From a virus: 64,000 bases of DNA. Below, in pieces: positions 56,816 to 64,000 of this stretch. The notes beneath the pieces are model-generated. The model was not told where the DNA came from and did not search any database. It saw nothing but the letters and a program-made list of their open reading frames with translations. Both the position numbers and the translations under genes were made by a program. Each line of letters begins with the position of its first letter. Within the stretch, counting starts at the first letter, position 1. The stretch lies in the IMG/VR virus record IMGVR_UViG_3300030398_000007; one strand, given 5' to 3'.

Positions 56816-57953
56816 AAAAATCAAAGATTTGCCAGGGGTTTTTGCTCTCACAAAAAGACTTGTTGTAAGCGACGGCGTTTTCACGGCAACAACAGATAAC
56901 GGTTCAAGACAGCCCGTATTCGTTTTTAAAACAGGGCTTCGGGGAACACAGAATCTAAATCCAATGGCTTCAGACAAGGACGAAGTTGGAAATGTGCAGG
57001 AAACACATGTCGCAAAGCTTCCAAATGATACCAAAAACTATACTGTCACATTTTCATTGGGAGCACTCCCGTTGACAGACGTAATTTCGGCATGCGCACA
57101 AAAGCCTGACGAAAAACATATCGACGGAAACGATATGAGACATGCTATTAATACATTTATGACAAGTAATGATTTCGAGCAACTTGTGCTTGAGATTGGT
57201 TGTCGTTTCGCAAGAAATATAGCAAATGGTAGGTGGCTTTGGAGAAATCGGGCAGAAGCCAACTCTGTTAAAATTTCAGTTGCGGTTTTTGGAAGCGGTC
57301 AATCAAAAGGATCCGAAAACTCAATTGAGGTTGAGTTCTATGCACTGTCTATGCCTTTTTCTGATTTCGAAAATTACTCAGAAGACGAAATAAAAATTGG
57401 AAAAGCTTTAGCCAATGGTTTTTTGGGCATTGAAAGGTTCAAGATACTAGTTTCTGCGACTATTGTTCCGTCTGTCAATGGTCGTATTGGAGTATATCCG
57501 TCCGAGAACTATCTCGCCCACAAACCAAAGGGATTTGCCAGATCTCTATATTATATTCCAGGCATAATTCCGGAAGGAGCTGGTTCCGAGATTTGTCTTG
57601 GACAGGCCGCTCTCAGATCTGAAAAAATAGCAAATGCGCTCAGAACATTTGACACTTGGTATCCTGAGTTTTCAAGTATTGGAAAACCACTGGCTATTGA
57701 AGCGAATGGTGCAAGCCTCGATCACGACAGATTCTTTAGAAAAACCTCTGGTAAAAACAAAGATCTTAGCAATAGCAAAGCTTCGGCCTTTACTCTTTTT
57801 TCTCGTTTGGTTTCCGAACCAGAAACATTGACAAAAGAAGAAAAGCTTTTTCTTGTCAGTATCCTTATTCGTGGGGGAGTCTTTCCTGGTGTAAAAAAAG
57901 AAAAGAGAAATAAAAAAACTGAGGAAGACGAAGAAAATGAATCTTCCACCTAA
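56808..57953 (+). CDS. cas7f: Cas7f/Csy3 backbone subunit
   Basis: ANGRWLWRNR motif characteristic of Csy3; 381 aa. Confidence 0.75.
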   Translation: MSKKIKDLPGVFALTKRLVVSDGVFTATTDNGSRQPVFVFKTGLRGTQNLNPMASDKDEVGNVQETHVAKLPNDTKNYTVTFSLGALPLTDVISACAQKPDEKHIDGNDMRHAINTFMTSNDFEQLVLEIGCRFARNIANGRWLWRNRAEANSVKISVAVFGSGQSKGSENSIEVEFYALSMPFSDFENYSEDEIKIGKALANGFLGIERFKILVSATIVPSVNGRIGVYPSENYLAHKPKGFARSLYYIPGIIPEGAGSEICLGQAALRSEKIANALRTFDTWYPEFSSIGKPLAIEANGASLDHDRFFRKTSGKNKDLSNSKASAFTLFSRLVSEPETLTKEEKLFLVSILIRGGVFPGVKKEKRNKKTEEDEENESST

Positions 57954-57983
57954 AATAAACCGTCTAAGAAAAAGGAGGAGACA

Positions 57984-58541
57984 GTGAAGCCTTTAGCCTA
58001 CGTTGATTTTATTTTATCGGAAGCTGGAGACATGGCGATCCCTGTCCTTGCAGGGAAAGTTCTTGGAATATTTCACAGGGTGTGTTCTTTAGGTCATATA
58101 ACTTATGCAATGTCCTTTCCTCGCATGCTAAAGACGGACGATCCTGCGGAAATATTTGGCACGTTTAGGTTTTTTGGCGAGACCAAAGAGGACTTGGCAG
58201 ATCTTGTTAAAAAAATGAAAAATGATTTTTTGATTAGAGATTATACAATTGTTGGGCGGCCAAGAAGCGCACCTGAAAGTTCAGATACATGGGTTAGCTT
58301 TACTCGTTTTCGTATACCAAAAGAAATTAGATCTGGACGATTAAACAATAGATCTCGTGAATACAGATACAATTTGGCGGCAAGTATGCCGTTTATTCCT
58401 TGTTTTAGTTCGTCCACTCAACAAAATTTCAGGATCTATATCGAGACGTTAACCGAAAAAGACCCAAAAAAAGGTGGCGGCACTTTAGACACCTATGGTT
58501 TGTCACACAAAAGAGATCCAATTTTTTTGCCATTGTTTTAA
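57984..58541 (+). CDS. cas6f: Cas6f/Csy4 crRNA endoribonuclease
   Basis: 185 aa; C-terminus GGGTLDTYGLSHKRDPIFLPLF matches Csy4 ...GGFTCYGLSKGGFVPWF; GTG start with AAAGGAGG RBS. Confidence 0.8.
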   Translation: MKPLAYVDFILSEAGDMAIPVLAGKVLGIFHRVCSLGHITYAMSFPRMLKTDDPAEIFGTFRFFGETKEDLADLVKKMKNDFLIRDYTIVGRPRSAPESSDTWVSFTRFRIPKEIRSGRLNNRSREYRYNLAASMPFIPCFSSSTQQNFRIYIETLTEKDPKKGGGTLDTYGLSHKRDPIFLPLF

Positions 58542-58565
58542 CAAGCATACAAAGGACTTAAATGT

Positions 58566-59585
58566 ATGGGAGACACAAAAACAACAAAGAGAGCCGTACT
58601 CTTATCAAAACGTGCCAATATTTTTCTCCTGGAACGAGTAAAAGTTCAGGTCAACGACAATCGCGTTGTGTATCTGACGGATACAATGGAACCAATCGAA
58701 AAACTTTTTAACATTCCGGAAAAGAACACGATTGTCGTTTTACTTGGGCAAGGAACGTCTATTACGTCAAGAGCTGCCAGAATGCTTGCAGAATCTGGTG
58801 TGCTTGTCGGCTTCTGTGGAACGGGCGGATCTCCATTTCTTTCGGAAGAAGATATGACATTTCTTCCTTACTTCAGCGAATACCGTCCTGTTGAATATAT
58901 GCAGCAGTGGGCAAGTCTTTGGTTCGACGAAACAAGAAGGTTGTCTGCCGCCAAAAAACTTCTTAGTTTGAGATTGGAGTATGCCGAAAACATATGGGCC
59001 AAACTTGGGATCTCTGGAATTGTAGTCCCAGGATCATTATTGGATAAAGTGGAATCAGGTATCGCTGCAGCAAAAACAACAACAGAGCTTTTGTCCATAG
59101 AAGGCAATTACATAAAACAGTTGTATCAATATTTGGCAGAAAAATTTGGCGCCAAAGATTTTGCCCGTGTCCATACACGTACTACTGACAGAGACAAAAT
59201 GCTTGCCTCAATGCCTGTATCTTCACAAAAGGTCAATAAATTGTTAACGATTGGCAATTACTTTGCATATGGAGCCGCCGGGTCTGTATTAACGGCTATG
59301 GGAATCAGTTATGCGTTCCCGTTGTTACACGGAAAAACCAGAAGAGGTGGACTAGTATTTGATTTGGCCGATCCAATAAAAGACGCATTTGTACTACCAC
59401 TTGCGTTTTTCATGCAAAAACAATCTCCTAAAGAGTTCAGAGACGAATTGTCGAGCCGATTTGTGGATCACTTGGTTATGGACGACATGTTTGACTTTAT
59501 TGAAAAGATTTTGGCCAATGACAAAAATAAGAGGGGTTGCGAAACGTTAGTTTCTGGTTTAACCGAAAAAGAAGCGCACACATGA
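58566..59585 (+). CDS. cas1: Cas1 integrase (I-F type)
   Basis: SKRANIFLL...NIPEKNTIVVLLGQGTSITSRAARMLAESGV closely parallels I-F Cas1 SKRANLYYL...NIP.ANTTSLLLGTGTSIT. Confidence 0.85.
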   Translation: MGDTKTTKRAVLLSKRANIFLLERVKVQVNDNRVVYLTDTMEPIEKLFNIPEKNTIVVLLGQGTSITSRAARMLAESGVLVGFCGTGGSPFLSEEDMTFLPYFSEYRPVEYMQQWASLWFDETRRLSAAKKLLSLRLEYAENIWAKLGISGIVVPGSLLDKVESGIAAAKTTTELLSIEGNYIKQLYQYLAEKFGAKDFARVHTRTTDRDKMLASMPVSSQKVNKLLTIGNYFAYGAAGSVLTAMGISYAFPLLHGKTRRGGLVFDLADPIKDAFVLPLAFFMQKQSPKEFRDELSSRFVDHLVMDDMFDFIEKILANDKNKRGCETLVSGLTEKEAHT

Positions 59586-62500
59586 AGATTACATTTGTAT
59601 CCGAATGTCAAAATAAAGCCTTAAAACGCACCAGAAGGGTATTGGACGGTTTTGCCACACGGATAGGGGCAAAAACATGGATCGCACACATAACGTTAGA
59701 CGGGTTGACTTCTGTTAGACAAGAACTTTCAAAAACTGCGACAAAAAATACGGCTGTAGCCGCTTTCGATTTTGGCAAAAAACACGTTGAACTATTATGG
59801 GTTGTTGGAAATGCAGAGGCTTTTTCAGACAAAGGTGTTTATCCAGTGGCTACAATTAGCCGGAAAAGCTCCGGTAGAATTATCTCGCCAGTGTCACGAA
59901 TTATTGGACTTTTAGGTGCCATATGTGGACTCAGTCACGATTTAGGAAAAGCGTCAAATGGATTCCAGAATATGATCCGAAATTCTGTTCCTGACAATGC
60001 CAGGCATGAATGGCTTTCGCTTTGCATGCTGGACTCAATATTTGGATCAGAAAACCGGATTACGCTAGCGCAACAAAAAACTTGGGTCGAACATTGGAAC
60101 AATTTGACTGTCAGGAAGAATGCGCCGGACATGGTAGACAGCGTATTTAAATCCGTACAGGTTATTGTGTCTACACACCATGCACCATATGCTCCAGAAA
60201 AAGACCTTGGTCCACCAGACTCTACGCACCACTTGCGGGAACGTACCATTGATTTAGACAACGAACAGAAAAAGCTTTTTTCAGAAAGCCACCAGGAGGA
60301 CTTCAACAAAATTCTTTCAAAAATAGTAAAAACATTTTTTAGGGCGAACAGACTTTCCAACAACTATCTCGAATCAATAACAAAATGGTCTGTTGCCGGA
60401 TATTACGAAGGAATTACCTTGCTCGCCCGCGCCGGTCTTATTTTAGCAGACCATACAATATCTTCCGGAAAAAGCCCTTTAAAAAAAGAATGCCAGGTTT
60501 GCAAAACGACGACAAAATGGCAATTGTGCAAAACGTGTATCTACGCAAATACCAAACGTAATGGCAATTCCGAAGTAAGGACTCCGGATCAACCTCTTTT
60601 CTGGCACCTTGGCGCTGTAGGAAAGACTGCTGGTGAATACGCGTTTAGATATGGTGAGCTTTTAAACTCAAAAAATGCGTTTCAGGGGTTTTCGGAAAAA
60701 AGTCTTGAAGTCTTGCGTTCAGAGACTGAGGTTCCTGTATTTTTATGGCAAAATGAAGCGGTTAATGCCGTTAGGAAATTTAAAAACGAGAAAAACACAA
60801 AAGGCCCGGTTTTAGTATTTAACCTTGCAGGAACCGGAAGCGGAAAAACTCTTACGAACATGAAATTGGTTGCAGCATTAACGCCTGAAAAAAGTCCAGT
60901 TAGAGCTACAATTGCATTGAATTTAATAACCCTAACGACACAAACAAAGGAATCTCTTGTTGAAAATAGCGGAATTGAAGTTGGAGACGTTGAGAGAATC
61001 GGAGGTTCGTACACAAGGATCCAGCTTTTAAAATACTTAGGCAAAAATGGTGAAGTCAAAGAATCTGAGGACGGAGAACTGTTTTTAGAAAATGAAAAAT
61101 TGTTATCAGGAGAGGTTGAAGAAAACAAAGTTTACCGTCTGCCAGATTGGTTGAAAGATTCGTTGAACCTTGGTCCATATCGTGCATATTATGGACTTCT
61201 CGGAGCCCCATTACTTGTAACAACGACAGATCATATTATTTCTGCCGGAGATTTGTGTGAGCAGGGCCACCACGCACTGTCGCTGATTCGTGTTGCCACT
61301 AGTGATCTTATTTTAGACGAAATTGACGAGTATGATCCAGACGCCTTAATCGCCATTTTGCGTATTGTTAGACTTTCCGCTTTTTTTGGAAGGTCTGTCA
61401 TTTGTTCTTCTGCAACAATTCTTGACTCTGTTGCTAAAGCTGTTTATTCGGCTTTTGAATCCGGACTAAACCTTAGACGGTGTGTTCTTGGAGGCGATTA
61501 TTCCGTCAATGTATCCATTGTAGACGATTTGTGCGAACCTCAAACTTTTTCGTTTCAGTCAGGAAATGAGTCTCTGTTTATAAAAGAATATGCAGTCAGA
61601 CTTCTTAAAATTCGTAAAAAACTTTCAGAAAAATCAGTCACCAGAATTATGGAACTTGTAAATTTCAAGCCTACAAGAGAAGATTTTATCGAATCTATTG
61701 TCGAAACAACAAAACGAATGCACGAGAGACATAAATGGAATGGTACTATTGACGGAGAGATAACGCCCCCTGTATCTTTTGGCGTTATACGTATTGCAAA
61801 TGTCAATACATGTCAAGTTGTTGCTAGTGAAATTGCAAAAAGAATGCAAGAAAAAGCCGTAGTTGCCACATACCATGCTAGAGAAATTTTGCTTCAAAGA
61901 ACACTTAAAGAGGTTGAACTCGACACATTGTTGATTAGAAAAAATCCAGAGGTTTGGAAAAATCTTGGAAGATCTCGTCAAGTTAGAAAAATTTTGGAAT
62001 CAGGAAAATATCCAGAAGGCGTTATTTTTATTGTTGTCGCAACACCTGTTGAAGAAGTTGGTCGTGATCATGATTTTGATTGGGGAATTATTGAGCCCTC
62101 TTCGGCCAGATCTATTATCCAGTTAGGAGGCAGGGTAAACAGACACAGACGCCACGAAATTCTAGAACCAAATATAGGCTTGTTGAAATTCAATATGCGT
62201 CATATAAAAAATCTCGAAAATGGCAAATCTGACGATCGTTGTTTTGTTCGTCCGGGGTTTGAAAATAAAAATGTGTTATATCCACATGACGTCGAGAAGC
62301 TATTTAAATGGTCGAGGGAACAAGTTCTTCCTGTCGATTCCAGATTGGCTGACACCACTATTGAAAATACATTTGCCCATTTGGATAATGAAAGCATTAA
62401 TAAAAAACTTGTAATGGCTGAAAAAGCTAGAAACAAATTCAATACGGTTTCTTTATGGAGCGTTCAAGCTTTTTATAAAGATAATTTGTTGAGGAATATA

Positions 62501-62788
62501 CAAAAACAAGAATCATGGAGATTATCAAGAAATGAAATAGGTGCACCGATTTTACAAAAATTGAAAAAAACCACCAGGGGGTGGGAATATGTAGACGAAT
62601 ACAACTCCAATGTTTATACAGAACCATTGCCAAATATGTGGCTTTATAACGAGGCCGAAAACCTTATTGAGATTGGAGAACAGTATAACAAAAGCGAATC
62701 TTTGGGAGCAAAAATTCAAATATATAATCCTGACTTTAAATATTCGTACAAAATCGGATTTGGGTTTTGCGAAGAAAAAAATTTTTAA
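59582..62788 (+). CDS. cas2-3: Cas2-Cas3 fusion (Cas2 domain + HD nuclease + SF2 helicase), I-F type
   Basis: ATGA overlap with the cas1 stop; N-terminal Cas2-like KITFVSECQNKALKRTRRVLDGFATRIG, HD motif LSHDLGKASNGF, Walker A NLAGTGSGKT, DExD LILDEIDEYD. Confidence 0.85.
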   Translation: MKITFVSECQNKALKRTRRVLDGFATRIGAKTWIAHITLDGLTSVRQELSKTATKNTAVAAFDFGKKHVELLWVVGNAEAFSDKGVYPVATISRKSSGRIISPVSRIIGLLGAICGLSHDLGKASNGFQNMIRNSVPDNARHEWLSLCMLDSIFGSENRITLAQQKTWVEHWNNLTVRKNAPDMVDSVFKSVQVIVSTHHAPYAPEKDLGPPDSTHHLRERTIDLDNEQKKLFSESHQEDFNKILSKIVKTFFRANRLSNNYLESITKWSVAGYYEGITLLARAGLILADHTISSGKSPLKKECQVCKTTTKWQLCKTCIYANTKRNGNSEVRTPDQPLFWHLGAVGKTAGEYAFRYGELLNSKNAFQGFSEKSLEVLRSETEVPVFLWQNEAVNAVRKFKNEKNTKGPVLVFNLAGTGSGKTLTNMKLVAALTPEKSPVRATIALNLITLTTQTKESLVENSGIEVGDVERIGGSYTRIQLLKYLGKNGEVKESEDGELFLENEKLLSGEVEENKVYRLPDWLKDSLNLGPYRAYYGLLGAPLLVTTTDHIISAGDLCEQGHHALSLIRVATSDLILDEIDEYDPDALIAILRIVRLSAFFGRSVICSSATILDSVAKAVYSAFESGLNLRRCVLGGDYSVNVSIVDDLCEPQTFSFQSGNESLFIKEYAVRLLKIRKKLSEKSVTRIMELVNFKPTREDFIESIVETTKRMHERHKWNGTIDGEITPPVSFGVIRIANVNTCQVVASEIAKRMQEKAVVATYHAREILLQRTLKEVELDTLLIRKNPEVWKNLGRSRQVRKILESGKYPEGVIFIVVATPVEEVGRDHDFDWGIIEPSSARSIIQLGGRVNRHRRHEILEPNIGLLKFNMRHIKNLENGKSDDRCFVRPGFENKNVLYPHDVEKLFKWSREQVLPVDSRLADTTIENTFAHLDNESINKKLVMAEKARNKFNTVSLWSVQAFYKDNLLRNIQKQESWRLSRNEIGAPILQKLKKTTRGWEYVDEYNSNVYTEPLPNMWLYNEAENLIEIGEQYNKSESLGAKIQIYNPDFKYSYKIGFGFCEEKNF

Positions 62789-62845
62789 AATGGGTAACTC
62801 TTAAAAAAGTGGCTTTTTCTCATGCCAGTATTGAAACATTCTCCT

Positions 62846-63233
62846 GTTATCCACGACATATGTGGCTTAGAAATATGGTTATGGCGGCATGTATGTGCAC
62901 AATATGTTATCCACGACATATGTGGCTTAGAAATTATGGACTCCAGGTAAAGTTCCCCTGGTTCAGTTATCCACGACATATGTGGCTTAGAAATCGCTGG
63001 TGCGAATAAATAAAGTTTGTTGCACGTTATCCACGACATATGTGGCTTAGAAACTGTTCTGTCCCGAAGACCCGCACGCAAGCCAGTTATCCACGACATA
63101 TGTGGCTTAGAAAGGAACCACAGAAAATGGCATTTGAGAGAATGCGTTATCCACGACATATGTGGCTTAGAAATCTCGGCCTGTTCAGAGTGGAATCCGT
63201 CGGGTGTTATCCACGACATATGTGGCTTAGAAA
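62846..63233 (+). CRISPR. CRISPR array 1: 7 identical 28-nt repeats GTTATCCACGACATATGTGGCTTAGAAA, six 32-nt spacers
   Basis: Repeats at 62846, 62906, 62966, 63026, 63086, 63146 and 63206; I-F-like hairpin and CTTAGAAA 3' handle. Confidence 0.9.
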
Positions 63234-63776
63234 AGAAAAATCACGGACGTCTTCCGGGCGAGACACTTGATATCTGGTCTTTTCTTCTATGTATGGTTCG
63301 GCCCCAAACGAATAAATCCGGTCAAGTGACACAAGTCGATCTCCGAGCCACTGGTTCGAGTGCCTTTTGATTTCGGCAGAATCTTTAAACTCGGGATTGA
63401 TTCTCGTCAGAAATTCTATAATGGCATTTTCTGCGTCGCACTCTTCAAGCCAGAGTCGGATCGATTCGACAGCCTTGTTTTTGTCTGATTCTTTTGTGTA
63501 AATCGTAAATTTTGTATTGGTCGGGTAAAAAGAAACGAATGTTACTTTTTCAGAAATGCGAAAAATACTGATACCGAAACTTTTTGGCACAGAGTCATTG
63601 TCTTTCTCAATTGCTCCGTCAAACAATTCAATTATGTCCGTCTTTTTTTCTGGCGGCGTATTTTTAGCTGTTTTCCCAAAAAGAATTTTCAATGTTTCTG
63701 TTTTTGACGTACCAGGATTCAACTCATGAATTTTTTCTGAAATATCAATTGTATTGACAACCATTTTTTTCGCCAA
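63207..63776 (-). CDS. Hypothetical protein convergent on the CRISPR array (annotated C-terminus overlaps the last repeat; the true stop may be upstream)
   Basis: ORF only. Confidence 0.3.
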   Translation of the reverse strand: MAKKMVVNTIDISEKIHELNPGTSKTETLKILFGKTAKNTPPEKKTDIIELFDGAIEKDNDSVPKSFGISIFRISEKVTFVSFYPTNTKFTIYTKESDKNKAVESIRLWLEECDAENAIIEFLTRINPEFKDSAEIKRHSNQWLGDRLVSLDRIYSFGAEPYIEEKTRYQVSRPEDVRDFSFLSHICRG

Positions 63777-63916
63777 GAAACAACATAAACGTCTGTGTCT
63801 CCCACGGCACCAATGGCCGGATCAATGACTCGGAAGGGAAAAACGGGTATTTAGTGCCGTGTCTGAAAAAAATATGATTTAAGTTAATCCTGGCTCTCAA
63901 ATACGACTCCTTGAAA

Positions 63917-64000
63917 ATTTCTAAGCCGCCTTACGGCGGTAAACGTAGACATGCAGACAAAAAGACTGGTCATTTCTTTCTAAGCCGCCTTGCGGCGGTA
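63917..64000 (-). CRISPR. CRISPR array 2 (partial, runs off window end): I-F-like repeat (rc) CGTTTACCGCCG[T/C]AAGGCGGCTTAGAAA, 31-32-nt spacer
   Basis: Two repeat copies (63917-63944 and 63976-64000) separated by a 31-32-nt spacer; opposite orientation to array 1; one-nucleotide loop polymorphism between copies. Confidence 0.6.

Noticed and set aside
63207-63233. C-terminal residues FLSHICRG of ORF 63207-63776
   Set aside because: They are encoded by the terminal CRISPR repeat; the real gene, if any, probably terminates or is disrupted before the array.
1-64000. Alternative genetic code (stop-codon reassignment) as the explanation for the many short or broken ORFs
   Set aside because: Checked a few breaks (e.g. 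5669 TAG, 15770 TAA). Read-through immediately hits further stops or requires a frame change, so frameshifts rather than recoding explain them.

Overview
Low-GC (~40%) mosaic accessory region. It has the look of a diderm bacterial chromosome or megaplasmid, though a very large phage-like element cannot be excluded. Main contents, start to end: (1) The 3' end of a DNA methyltransferase gene. (2) A 13-gene tRNA array on the + strand (Thr x3, Arg x3-4, Lys x2, Gln x2, Met/Ile2, Ile), whose last member is an aberrant 172-nt tRNA-like gene. (3) A junk zone of gene fragments (SPFH, SAM-methyltransferase). (4) A GNAT acetyltransferase and a GIY-YIG nuclease. (5) A two-partner secretion locus (TpsB, lipoprotein, 1151-aa TpsA). 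(6) A CCA-adding enzyme with a novel N-terminal extension and a frameshift. (7) An ATP-dependent RNA ligase with an N-terminal tRNA-binding OB domain, and an RtcB RNA ligase. (8) Several toxin-antitoxin-like modules (MNT/HEPN-like, RadC/JAB, HipBA, two AbiEii-like nucleotidyltransferases). (9) Three DNA methyltransferases. (10) A previously unrecognised paralogous gene family (7 members) with variable N-termini and a conserved ~30-aa C-terminal motif, clustered around rtcB. (11) Two IS605-family tnpB genes plus three miniature LE+RE derivatives of one of them; one of these interrupts a class-I release-factor gene. (12) Two more tRNAs (Arg-ACG, Lys-TTT) on the - strand. (13) A tandem pair of Lon-like AAA+ ATPases that lack the protease domain. 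(14) A complete type I-F CRISPR-Cas system in non-canonical order (cas8f-cas5f-cas7f-cas6f-cas1-cas2/3), followed by a 7-repeat array, and then a second convergent array with a different I-F-like repeat that runs off the window end. Many genes carry frameshifts at homopolymer tracts; this indicates either genome decay, phase variation or sequencing error.
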